The translations under genes and the position numbers were made by a program. Below are positions 40,017-52,018 of a DNA stretch of 64,000 bases, piece by piece. Position 1 is the stretch's first letter. Each line of letters opens with the position of its first letter. Source of the DNA: Parvularia atlantis (Eukaryota); the NCBI GenBank assembly GCA_943704415.1, contig CALSCO010000253.1:1-64000 (forward strand), read 5' to 3'. The notes under the pieces were generated by a model. That model made no database searches. It saw only the letters and a list, made by a program, of their open reading frames with translations, and had not been told where the DNA came from.

Positions 40017-40828
40017 ATGCTGAAGCGGATCGCGGCGGGTGCGGCGCCCATCTGCCGCGCCGCGCACGTGCGCGCGCCGCCAACGCCACCGCCGCGCAGT
40101 GCTCAACCCACAGGTGGCCGTGCGCGAGGCCGAGCGCGTGCTGTACGACTTCCGCCGGCCCGAGACGGCGGCGCGGCAGTGGCTGTGCACGAGCGACGCG
40201 TCGATGGGCGGCTTCTCGCGCGCGACGCTGCAGGTGCTGCCCGGCGGCGAGGGCGCGCGCTTCGAGGGCGTGCTGTCGACCAAGGCCGGCGCGGGCATGA
40301 CGCGCAGCGGCTACTGCGCCATCCGCAGCCGCCTCCTCCCGCGCCAGCTCGGCCTGTTCCAGGCGCTGCACGACCTCGACGACTTTGACCAGCTGCAGCT
40401 GAGCGTGCGCAGCATCGGCCCGGGCGCCGGCCGCGCCTTCTTCGTCAATGTCCAGACCGACGGCTCCGTGCCCGAGGACCTGTACCAGGCCTTTTTGTAC
40501 ACGCGCGAGCTGCCGCGCGACGGCTCGTTCGCGACCGTGACGGTGCGTGCTGTGCGCGCCGCAGAGCCGATCGGCGTGCTGACGCGTGCGCGCGCGCGCG
40601 CGCCAGATCCCCTTTGCCGACTTTATCCTCACGCACCAGGGCTATGTGCAGCACGACCAGCCGGCGCTGTACCCGGGCGCCGTGCGCACGATCGGCGTCG
40701 CGCTCAACGACATGGTCGACGGGCCGTTTGCGCTCGACCTCGCCTGGATCAAGGCCGTTAACAGCGCCGCTGCGCCTGCCGCCCCGCCCGCCGCCCCGCC
40801 CGCCGCCCCGCCCACCGTGAAGCAGTGA
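40017..40828 (+). CDS. NDUFAF1: Complex I assembly factor CIA30/NDUFAF1
   Basis: LYDF...WLCTSDASMGGFSRA...FEGVLST...RSGYCAIRS, FFVNVQTD...DLYQ, IPFADFILTHQG, GPFALDLAWIKA. Confidence 0.88.
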
Positions 40829-40861
40829 GAGCGCGGAGAGCATGTACAAAAAGCGCAGGGT

Positions 40862-43800
40862 CTACTTGAGGTCCCACGTCCGGATCGTCTCGACCTCGCG
40901 GTCCGACAGGAACGGGCGCTCGATCGACTTGATCATCACGTCGCTGCAGAGCGGGCACTCGGCCGCGACGACCTCGTCCAGCGCGGCCTTGAGCTGCTCG
41001 ATCTTCGGCATCACCACCGCCGCCTCCTCCGCGTTCTGCGCCGTCGACGCCGCTCGCCCCTGCGCGACCTCGTTCGCGATCTTGTGCTGCAGGTCCTGCA
41101 CGCGCGCGCGCTGCGGGGCGCTCAGGTAGTTCATGATCTGCGGCGCCGTGCACGTGTCAGGCCTCGCATGCGCGGTCACGCGAGAAGCGCGCGCGCGCGC
41201 GCGCGCGTGCCTCGGTCGTCAGGCAGTTCTCGTGGAACATGTGCTGGCACGGGAAGACGTAAAACTGCCGCGAGAGCAGCGCGTGGCGGCACAGCCGGCA
41301 CTTTTCGTTCGCGTTGACGAAGCAGTACCTGCGCGGGCACGCGCGTGAGCGCACACGCCGCGCGTGTGGCCGGCCCGCACTTGTTGCGCAGCTCGCGGAT
41401 GTCGAGGCGGATGGCCTCGGCGCTGCGCGTGGCCTCGTCCATCTCGAGCTTGAGGTCGTCGATGTGCTTGTTGTACTCTTCGAGCGCGAGGCTGATCTCG
41501 TCCTGTGCGCGGACGGACACGCATGCATGTCAACTCATTGACAGCAGGTCGAGGCACTCGCACACACGGCACCTTGAAGTCGTCGATCACCACAAAGTCT
41601 GAGAAGAACGGCAGTACGTCCTCGATCTTCAGCAGCTCGCACTCCTTCAGGAATGCCATGGCCCTGCGCGGCGGTGAGCGGGCAGGGCGACGGCACACGC
41701 AGCGCCGCGAGAGCGCACTTTTTGATGTCGTTCTCCTTCTCGACCACGTGCCGCGCGATGCGCAGCCACAGCTTCTTGCGCAGCGCCTCGTCGTCGTCCG
41801 CGGGCTTGTCGGCGTTGATCTTGGCCAAGACGAGGTCGTTTTGCTGTCCACGCGCGTGCGGGTGATGTCAGCGCGTGCACTGCGCACACAGGTGGGCAGG
41901 CGCACACCTGCAGCGACAGCTCCACCGCCTCCTCGTACAGCCCCATCGCCGAGTAGATCACGATGCACGCCTGCGTCTTCTGCTGCTGCGTGCACACGCG
42001 CAGCGCGTACTGCAGGTCGTAGTGCTTGTTCTGCGCGGCGCGCCCGATCAGCCCATAAAAAAAAAAAGAAGGCACGCGCTGCGCTCGCCACGCACGTCGC
42101 TGTTCAGGAACTGCAGCAGCGCCTTGTCGCTGTCCTGCTGCGCGTACAGCGTAAGCAGCAGGTTGTGCACGGGCTGGTCTTCGATATGGAGGTTCTGCAC
42201 GCAGTGCTGCAGGTACCGGATCGCCTGGTTTTGCTGTGCGTGCAGCGCCGGTCAGCCGCACGCACGGCGCGTTGTGGCGCCGGCGCGCACCTGCTCGTTG
42301 TGCCGCTTCTGGTCATATTTCATCAGCGCCGGGATGAGCATTTTCGGATTAAGCTCTGTGTCGCGGATCCACGCGTTGACGAGGTCGTACGGCACGTGCT
42401 CGATCAGCACGGGCGAGAATTTGTAGTACGAGTCCTGGCGGCGCACGCCACGTGAGCGCAGGTCGCGCAGCCGCCACGTGCCGCACCGCCTTCCGGCTGC
42501 CCGACTGCCGCACCATCGTCTTGAGCGCCTTGGCGTAGTCACCCTGCGCGCAGCGTGAGCCGCGCTGTTGCTGGCGCGCGGGGCCGCGTGCCTGCTGCAG
42601 GTAGTGCGTGATCACGCGCTCGTAGTCCTCCACGAGCATCGCGAAAAATAGCAGCTCGTCCGTGCGGCCGTGGCTGGCGATGAGGTTGTATGTCGTAGAG
42701 GGGTTCAGGTGCTCCTGCACGGCGCACGCCGGTGCATGAGCGCGGCCACCACTGAGCGGGCGAGCGAGCGAGCGAGCACGACCTTCACGACGGTCTGGCC
42801 CAGAAAGGCGAAAAACTCGTCCTGCGTCTGCTTGGAGTTCTCCTCGTCGCCGGCGTCGCGCAGGCTGTTGAGCTGTGGCGTGCACGTGCGCGGTGAGCGC
42901 GCGGCCAGCGGGCACGGCACGCCCGCGCACCTTGTCGAGGTAGATCTCGACGAGCCACGTGCTGATGATCGTGATCTGCGGGGCTCGCGCAAGACGACGT
43001 CAGTGCGGGCGCGCAACACGGCGCGGCGCGCGAGCCTGCGTCGCCTCGTGGACCGGCCGCAGGTTGTTGAGCTTGGTCACGAGGAACGTCTTGAGCGCGT
43101 CACGCTCGCCCTATCACGCCGTGTTTGCAACGGGGGCTCACAGCTGGCCCCGCACGAGCGCACCTTGCGGATAAACTTGAGCGTGACCTCCTCGAACGAC
43201 TTTTGCGACTGCGCGTAAAAGTTGGCCGCGAGCTGGAACCGCCCGAGCGCGTAGTAGTGGTCGCCCTGCGCCGTGCAGACCTTGTCCTTCTGCGCCGGGT
43301 TCTGCGCGGCGATCACTCGTCAGCCGCAGCGCCGAAGTCACAGCGCGCGCGTGCCTTGCAGTACTGCAGCGCGAGGTCAAACTGCTTGTTCTCGAGGTAG
43401 ATCTGCCACACGTTGCGGTCCTCGTCGTTCACGGCGACCTCGAAGATCGACGTGGACGAGTACACCCAGATCGTATTCTTGGCGCTGTCGGCGACGATCT
43501 TGCGGACCTCGCCGACTCGCTGCCGGGCATAGTGGCAGCGGTGAGATGCCCCAGTCGCGCGGTCCGCGCGCGCACCCGCGGCAGCAGCTCCTCGTGCACG
43601 ACCTGCTCGTTCAGGCGCCCGATCGCCACGAACCGGTCCGGGTAGAGTAGGAGAAAGTGGAACTCGGTAATCGCCACCGACAGCGGCTCAAGCGACACGG
43701 GCGCCTGCTGCTTACTCGACAGCGGCGGGTACGCCAGCAGTGTCCCGTTCTCGACCACGACGTCGCCGGCGTTCTGCGAGCCGAAGACGAGCGAGCCGTG

Positions 43801-45042
43801 GTAGATGCCGGGCCCTTGCGACGGGGGCGTCAGCAACGACCGTGGCCGCACCCACTCGGCGCACGCACCTGTCAGCCACGCGAAAGCCTTAGCGACGCCC
43901 TGAAACTGGCTGAAGAACTTGATCTCGCTGTGCCTGGGCGCGCCGGGCAGCTCCTGAAAGCCTGCACGCGCACGCGCGTGAGCCGCATGGGCAGCACGGC
44001 AGCACGCGTGCTCGTGCGCACCGGCGTTGGTGGCGTAGTGCGCGAAGATCGGCTCGAAAACGCCGCTACCCTCTTTGCCGGACCCGGCCAGGCCCACAAA
44101 CTGGTATATCCTCGTGGCCGTTGTGGCGACGATGAGGTACTTGCGCGTGTTGGACGCTGCGTCGCGCGGCGCAGCCGTGAGCGTGCGACGCGCGGTGGCA
44201 GCGTTGGCGCGCGCACTGTTCGAGACGGGGAACTGCTCCATGCGCAGGCCCGTGATGGGCATCGCGTCCGGCAGGCGATAGACCTGCTTGAAGTACTTCT
44301 CGTCCTTCTTGAAAAAGTCCTCCGTGGGCTCGATCTCGGTCTCGAAGATCAGGCCCTTGCTCGTCCCGATCAGGATCTCACGCGTGGTCGGCTCGCGTCC
44401 CGTCAGCTTGTTCCACGCGATCGACTCGATCAGGAGGCCCTGGCGCCGCCGCCACCCGGTCAGCCGCCAGCTCGCCGCGGCAGGTGCACTGTGCGCACCT
44501 TGAGCTTTGTCAGCTGCTTGGGCTTCTTGGCCTTGGCGTTCAGGTACAGGTTGTCGCCCGACGTGAGCGAGATGATGAGGTGCATGCCGCTGCCGTCGAG
44601 GAAGATGTTGTGGATGCGGTCCTCCGGGCGCTTGCTGATTTCGATGTCTGCAGCGCGCCCGCGCGTGTCACCGGGTGCGGCGAGCGGGCAGGCGGGCGGG
44701 CGGCGCACCATCGACCTCGGACGCGCGGTCGAGGTTGATGCGCAGGACGTGGTTGTTGTCGAGCGCCATGGCGATGATGTTGTTGTTCACGGCCATGTGC
44801 AGCAGCGTGCCCGACAGGCGGAACTGGACCTTTTCGAGCGCAAACATGGCCTGCTGATCGTCGAGGCGCGACACGGCGACAAAGCCCGTGTCGACCTGCG
44901 TGCGCATCGGCTGCTGAGCGCCACCGCGTGCGCACGTGCGCGCAGCAAGACGCACCACGGCCGCGTCGCCCGCATCCGCCGCGTCGCCGTAGTTGGTCAG
45001 CGGCGCCGACTGGTAGAACGCGTAGTCGTCGAGCAGCGACAT
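40862..45042 (-). CDS. VPS18: Vacuolar protein sorting 18 (HOPS/CORVET, Pep3)
   Basis: IFLDGSGMHLII, LIESIAWN, ILIGTSKG, FAWLTGPGIYHG, ITEFHFLLLY, EDRNVWQIYL, KSFEEVTLKF, LRKKLWLRIARHVV, LKIEDVLPFFSDFVVIDDFK, RING FYVFPCQHMFH..C...ECPLC. Confidence 0.96.
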
Positions 45043-45131
45043 CGCTCGCGATCCACGTCCACGCTTGGGGTGAGAGGCCGCAACTGTGCACCTCACGCTC
45101 TACTGGTAGAACTTTCGAGAAGCACCCGACC

Positions 45132-45986
45132 ATGGTGACACGGCCACGTGGGCCGTTGGGCGTTGTCTCTTCCTTCTCTCTGACCCGCCCTCCCCCCTCC
45201 GCTCGTAGCTCGCCGCCCGCCTCTCGCCGGCCTCGGTCGCCCAGCGCGGCGCGAGCCTTGGTGCGCGCGGCCGGCATGCACGCGGGAGGTGCTCGACGGG
45301 ACTGACACGCACGCTCGCGCACGCGCGCTCGCGCAGTCGCCAGCCGCGGCTTCCGCGTGCCGTCGGTAAACAAGGTGCAGCTCATCGGCCGCATCGGCGC
45401 CACGCCGCAGATGAAGACGAGCAACACCTCGACCGAGTACTGCCGCATGGCGCTGTGCACGGAGCGGCCGCGGTCGCGCGAGCGTGCGTCGCTGTGACGG
45501 CGAAGGCGGAAGGCGAGGGCTCACGCTGACGCGGCGACCGCAGAACGCGGCGAGAAGGCGATCGTGGACTGGCACGAGGTCGTTGTGTTCCAGCCGAATC
45601 TGGTAGACCGCGTCAAGAAGATGAACATCTCGAAGGGGTGCGCTGCCCGGACAGCAGCGACGGCTGCAGGCGTCGTGCGCGCTCACGTTGCGCGGCCTCG
45701 CAGCGACGTCGTGCTCGTCGAGGGCACGCTGCACACGACCGAGTACCGGGACGGCGACAGCAAGTCCAAGCGCATCAACGTCGTCGTCGGCAGCGGTGGT
45801 ATGCGCGAGGAGGGCGTGCGTCGGCGTCGCCTGGTGCATGACATGCGCACAGGCGACATCAAGCTGATGGGCATCGGCTCGCACCACCCCGCGCGCGGCG
45901 AGGCGGGCGAGGCGGGCGAGGCGGGCGACGTCGCGATCACGGCCGAGCCCGTCACGCCCGAGCCCGAGAGCCTGGCGCAGTCGTGA
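45132..45986 (+). CDS. SSBP1: Mitochondrial single-stranded DNA-binding protein
   Basis: ATG-only first exon, then presequence-like LAARLSPASVAQRGASLVASRGF; SVNKVQLIGRIG, DWHEVVVF, KGDVVLVEGTLHTTEY. Confidence 0.88.
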
Positions 45987-46062
45987 GCGGCACAGACGCC
46001 CCCTTTTCTGCTGTGTGCTTCTGGCCCGTTTGTCTGCGCCTCGCCCTGCTCACAACCGCAAC

Positions 46063-46854
46063 TTACAACCGCAGCGTCACCGCGTCCTCCATCACCACAT
46101 CCGTGTGCGACACCACAAAGACGATGCCGCCGGCGCGCCGGTGCGCGCGGATCGCGTCCTCCACGATCGCCGTCATGCGCCGGTCGAGCGCGTTCACGGG
46201 CTCGTCCAGCAGCCACACCTGGCAGTAGGCGGCGCTGATGCGCGCGAGCGAGATAGCGCGCCGTTGCCCGGTCGACAGTGAGCTGACAGGGCGCGACCTG
46301 CGCGTGCAGTTCAGTCATGCAGCACGACGACGTCGCACACGGAGCACGCAACAGCAGGTGCCGCAGGTCGAAGCGCTCGACCGCCCGCTCCAGCTGCTCG
46401 TCCGTCCCGCGGTAGAGGGTGTTCCAGAAGCGCAGGTTGAAGTCGACCGTCGCGTGCGGGTCGAGTCCGTCCGTGCGCGCCGCGACGTAGTGCGTCCGCC
46501 CGCTCATGTACTCGTTCTGCTGCCCGGGCGGCACGGCGCGGCCGTTGATCACGAAGCCGCCGTTGGTGGGCGCGATGAGCCCGGCGATGAGCTTGAGCAG
46601 CGTCGTCTGGTGCGCGCGCCCGCGATCAGCAGCGCCTTGTGGCATCGGCGCCGGTGGGGCGCGCCTTGCCGCTTCCGTTCGCGCCCTGCACGTGCAGCGC
46701 CGAGCCCGCGCGCACGGCAAAGTGCACGTCGCGCAGCACGAGCGTGTGCTGCCGGCGGAACGCCAGCCCCACGCCGCAGATGGACTCTGTGTGCGCGCTC
46801 GTTGAGCCCACTTTGCTCGTGATTCGCGTCGGCCGGCCACGCACCAAGCCACAT
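46063..46854 (-). CDS. ccmA: CcmA, ATP-binding subunit of the cytochrome c maturation System I ABC complex
   Basis: Stand-alone ABC ATPase of about 210 aa: [81 protein letters not shown]...LRL*. Three introns. Confidence 0.85.
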
Positions 46855-46865
46855 CCCGGTCGCAA

Positions 46866-48939
46866 ATGCGGCTCGTCTTGCTCGCGCTGGTCACGGCGGC
46901 GGCAGCGGCGGCGGCGGCAAAGCCCCCCGCGACGCCCGAACCCGACACGCGCCGATGGGCGGCCGCGGACCGGGCGATCGCGCGGTGCGTCGGGCGCGCG
47001 CGCACGCGATCGCTTGCCGACGCGCCGGCGCAGCAACCGCGTCCGCGACATGTTCACGCACGCCTACGACCGCTACATCGCCCACGCCTTCCCGGCCGAC
47101 GAGCTGCGGCCACTGACGTGCGACGGCGTGGACACGTGGGGCGGGTGCGTGCATCGGCCATCGCGCCACGTCGCGCGTCCTCACGTCGAGGCCGGCAGCT
47201 TCGCCCTGACGCAGATCGAGGCGCTCGACACGCTCGCCGTGCGTGCCAGGCGTGTGTGCCGCGTGCGCTGCTGATGCACGCGCGAGGGACCGGCAGATCA
47301 TGGGCAACCACAGCGAGTTTGCGCGCGCTGTGCAGCGCGTCGTCGCAACCGTCTCGTTCGACCGCGACGAGAACACGTCCGTCTTCGAGACCAACATCCG
47401 CGCGCTCGGGTGCGCACAAGCGCTCATCACCCAGTGCTGCTGCTGCTGCTGCTGCTGACGCCGCGTTTGTGCGCAAGCGGCCTGCTGTCGGCGCACATGA
47501 TCGCCGCCGACCCCGACCTGCCGTTTGCCGTGCCGGGCTACCGCGACGTGCGTGCGGCACCCGCGTGCCCGCGTGATCGCCCTCTCACGCAGCGCAACGC
47601 CGTGCAGGAGCTGCTCGCGCTCGCGCACGACCTCGGCGACCGTCTGTTGAAGGCGTTCGACACGCCCACAGGCATGCCGTACGGCACCGTCAACCTGCGC
47701 CACGGCGTGCCCCCGGGCGAGACGACAGTGACGAGCACGGCCGGCGTGAGCACGTTCTTGCTCGAGTTTGGTGCGCTGTCCGACCTGACGGGCGATGAGC
47801 GGTACCGGGTGCGGCCACGGTCTTGTGCGCACGCGCAGTCGCGGCGCTGACGTCGGCCGCAGACGGCCGCGCTCCGAGCTGTCGAGACGGTCTGGTCGCT
47901 GCGGTCGTCACTGAACCTGCTGGGCACGCATGTCGACGTGGCCCAAGGCACGTGGACCGACCCGGCCAGCAGCACCGGCGGCGGCTCGGACAGCTTCTAC
48001 GAGTACCTGCTCAAGGCGTGGCTGGTCGATGGCGACGACCGGCTGATGGACATCTTTGAGCCCGCGTTCCGCGCCGTCGAGCAACGGCTCGTGTTCAGCT
48101 TGTGGCACCTCGACGTCGACATGGAGACGGGCGACCTGCTCAACACAAACTTCGAGAGCCTCAAGATGTTCTGGCCGGGCCTGCGCGTGCTCTACGGCGA
48201 CGTCGACCAGGCCGCGTTCAACCTGGGCGGGTACACGCACATCTTGCGCCTGTACCCGTTCCCGCCCGAGCGCATCAACTTGCAGACGCGGCAGCCGGTG
48301 CCGCAGCATCCCGGGTGCGGCACGCGTTCGCGCACTCGAAAAAAAAAAAACGGCCGCGAACGACGCGCGCGCCACAGGTATGTCCTCCGGCCGGAGGTGA
48401 TCGAGTCTATCTTTTACGTCAACAGCGCCCTCAACCACAACTTCTGGCTCAGCCGCGCGTGGGACCTGCTCATTGCGCTGGACAAGCAGTGCGTGCCGTG
48501 CGCTGCGCTGCTCTTCCCCGCCGATGCTCACACGCCTGTCTAGCACGCGCGTGCCGTGCGGATTTGCCTGCGTCGCGGACGTGACCACGCTGGAGCTGCG
48601 CAACAGGGTGCGTCCGCGGCCGCAGCTGCGTGTGTGGCTGAGGACGGCGGCGCGCAGATGGAGTCGTTCTTCCTCGCTGAGACGCTCAAGTACTTTTACC
48701 TGATCTTTGACGACGGCACGTCGCTGTACCACCGTGGCAGCTACGTCTTCACGACCGAGGCCCACCTCATCCCCATGGACCCGCGCAAGCGCGGTCGCAC
48801 GCGCTCGGCCGGCACGCCCCGGCGAGGACCCGGTGGCGCGCGCGCACCCAGACGGTGGGTGGGCTGGTGCCCCGCGCCGGCGCCGCCCATCGAGCACACG
48901 ATGTGTTTCGAGCTCGTCGCAAGGCTGGCCCCCGCGTGA
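46866..48939 (+). CDS. EDEM-like GH47 alpha-1,2-mannosidase
   Basis: Signal peptide; [91 protein letters not shown]. Confidence 0.93.
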
Positions 48940-49012
48940 GCGCGCCTCTTTTTTGGCACAACATGCGAGATAGGGTAGCACAGACCAAGACCAGCTTACA
49001 CGTCACAGACGC

Positions 49013-51778
49013 TCACGACGTCGTCGCCGGGAGGTGGACCACGAAGGGGCTGCCGGGCACGTGCGCCCGGTCGGCATCGGTGCGCTGGCGGTGCGCGTGC
49101 GCCGTCAGCGGTGCGCGCACATGCACCCGCCGCGCTGTGCGCACCCGGATCTCGATCGAGTAGTCGTTGGCCGAGGGCCGCGGGTACGTCAGCGACCAGC
49201 CCGAGGCGTCGGCGCTGACGGCGATGGGTGTTGCCTTGTTGTTGACCACGAGCGCCGCCGTCACCGGCGCCACCGCGAGGCTGTCCGAAGCGACCCGGGA
49301 GACCTGCGTTCTTGGTGAGCCGCTGCTGCGCGTGCGCTGACGAAGAGGCGCACCTGCTCGCCCTCGGACGAAAGTACATGCTGGTTGACCGCGACGTGCA
49401 CGCACTGGCTCGTCGCGGCCGTGTCGCCGTGCAGTCCCGGGCCGGTTGCGCTGACGACCGTCTTGTGTGGCAGATCGACCGTGAACGGGCTGCCCTTGAC
49501 GTGCGCCTGGCCGACCTTTACTGTTGCGCGCCAGCACGGGTGTTGGTGCCCGCATTGAGCACAAGCACAGGCGCCGGCGCGCACGCACCGTTGATGGTGA
49601 GGCTGGAGGACGGCAGCACGTGCACGGTGTAGTTGACGAGGAGCTGTTTCGTGCCGTCGAGTGCCGTGACCGTCAGTTTGTAGTCGGTCGGCGACAGACC
49701 CGCAGCCGTCAGAGACACGTGCGTGCTGGCGAGCGCGACGTCCTGCGGGCACGGGCCAGAGTCACTGCGGGACGGGTGGCCGCGTGTGAGTCTCGGCGCA
49801 CTTGGAGGCCACACGCACCATTGCACGGCGACCCAGAAAGAGCTGTTGAAGCTGTAGGGCGTGCGGACGTCCGCGGGCCAGGGCATCTGCGTCGTCAGGT
49901 TGCCGACGGTCGACGCGGCCGCGATGGGGCCCGATGCCACCAGCCACAGTGGGCACATGAAGACCGCCACGACCGCCAGCAGCGCCACAAAGACGGCCAC
50001 GGCCGCGCCCGACGCCAGGCTCGACGGGAATGTAGAGCTCGTCTTGGCCGAGCGCGAGCGCATCGCGGTCGCGCTGACCTTGGCCAGCTGCCGCCGGCGG
50101 TACTCGATGCACTTGCCGGCAGAGAGCGCATGCACGGCCTGTCCAGTGACGCTGTCAGCGCAAACGCAGGCTGTAGCGGTTCGCGCACGCACCTGCAGGC
50201 GCGGCGACATGAGCAGCTCGCGCATGAGGCTCATGTCCGAGTGCTCCCGGTTCTCGACCTCGCACGTGCCCCAGGGGTACACGCGGCCGGATTGCTGGGC
50301 GCGGCGTGCGTTGTCAGTGCGGCACGCGGGAGGGGAGACGGAGCACACCTGCGTCGGCGCGCACACGACCGCGAAGGGGAAATGGCCCGCGTACTCGCGA
50401 AGCTCGTGCGCCGCGCGCAGGCCCAGGTCATACACGGGGATGCGGCGCTCCTCGAGCGTGCGCAGCACGACCTCGCGGAACTGGCGCAGCTCGCTGACGG
50501 TCATCTGCGGTTTCGCACGCGTGTCTCAGCCGGCGCGTGCGCGCGACGCACGTCGGCGCTCGCCGCACCGTGTCGGCCTTGGCGATGACGGGCACGATGA
50601 TAACGTACTCGGACAGGCGCTGCATGAAGATCAGGTCGTTCTCCTTGAGGCTGTGCGAGAGTAAGTCGCGCGCGCGCGGCCGGGTGCGGACGCACCGATG
50701 GGCCGAGATGAAGTAGAAGCACAGGTCGACGCACGGCTTCCGGGACATGCTCTGGCCGAGGATGTCGCGCAGGAAGCTCTCCGGCGCCTCGTTGCTGAAG
50801 TTTGAGATGGTCTCTTGCAGCAGCGCCGCGAGGGCGTTCAGCACGGGCTCGATTGCGTCGTCCAGATGAGGCGTGTCGCCGTAGCCTGGCGCGCCCACAA
50901 CGCTCTCAGCCGTGGGCGCGCACAGGCAGCAGGCGCTGAGCGCACCCTTCGTGTCGTGCACCTGGCAGATCAGCTTGCCGTCGGTGGTGTTGGACGGGTT
51001 GAGGTCGTTCAGGGACACTGTCACCATCCAGCTCGTAAGGCCTTTTGTCGGCTGGCTGAGCACGTTGTCGGCGGTGCTCGGGCCCGCGCCGGCGCCGGTG
51101 TCGGTGTTGTCGGCGCGCGCGAACGTGACTTTGGTCTGGACGCCATGCACGCCCCGTCCGACGGCCGACTTTGCAAACGACGTCTTGCCTGTCACGGATC
51201 GGGCGGGTGAGGAGGCGGTGTGAGACACGCGCGGGCGCATGCCACGCACCGAGACCCGACTCGCCCGCGACCATCAGGTTGACGTGCACGTCGTTGTAGT
51301 GGCCGCGGATCGCCGTCGTGTCGTTGCCGCGCTGGTCGGCGTACGGCGGCGCGGGCATGATCAGCTGCACGGACGTGGGTGACGTCGCGGCCGATCCGGC
51401 GGACGCGGGCTGCTGCTCGCGCTGCATGGGCTGCTGCTTGGGCTGCTGCTCGTGCTGCTGCTTGGGCTGTTCGGGCTGCTGCTCGGGCTGCTGCTCGGGC
51501 TGCTGCTCGGGCTGCTGCTCGCGCTGTTCAGGCTGCTCGGTCTCGCCGAGCTCGTCGGTCTCGTCGGTCTCGCCGGTCTCGCTGGTCTCGCTGACTTCGT
51601 CGACCTCGTCGGGCTCGCGCGGCTGCTCGGGCTGCTCGAGCACCGTGGCCGACACGAGCAGAAAGTCGCCCAGGGCGGCGGCGCTCGCGTCGGTGCTGTC
51701 GGCCGGGGCCGGGGCCGAGCACGGCGGCGTGAGCGGGTCTCCGGCGACAGGCTTGGCGTCGCTGAGCGGGCCGTCCAT
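49013..51778 (-). CDS. Septin GTPase with C-terminal transmembrane helix and two filamin-type Ig repeats
   Basis: G1 NLMVAGESGLGKT, G3 DTKGYGD, VDLCFYFI, G4 VPVIAKAD, FPFAVV, septin unique element GRVYPWGTCEVENREHSD; TM GAAVAVFVALLAVVAVFMCPLWLV; filamin motifs HVKGSPFTV, ATGPGL, HVPGSPFVV. N-terminal acidic EQQP repeats. Confidence 0.82.
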
Positions 51779-51930
51779 TTGTGTGCGCGCGCGGTGTGAC
51801 GGGGGCTGCCGGCACGAAACGTGGGGTTCTTGAAGCCCGCTTCGGCGGTCCGTGACACAGGCGAGGACACGTGTCGCGCCGCGACTTGGCCGCAAAAAGT
51901 TTCACGGGGCGACGTCACCGGCGGCGTGCC

Positions 51931-51990
51931 AGAGAGAGAGAGAGAGAGAGAGAGAGCCTGAGAGAGAGCTAATAATAATAATATTAATTA
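51931..51990. repeat. (GA)n microsatellite followed by an AT-rich (AAT)n patch in a divergent intergenic region
   Basis: AG repeat 51931-51968 (one interruption), then taataataataatattaatta. Confidence 0.9.
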
Positions 51991-52018
51991 GCGAACGGGA
52001 CCCGTGACGACTTCCGCC

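Noticed and set aside
37704..45151. CACGTG E-box/CLEAR-like sites near lysosomal genes (37706, 45146) and other gene starts
   Set aside because: CACGTG is frequent throughout this GC-rich sequence, including coding His-Val codons; enrichment cannot be shown by eye.
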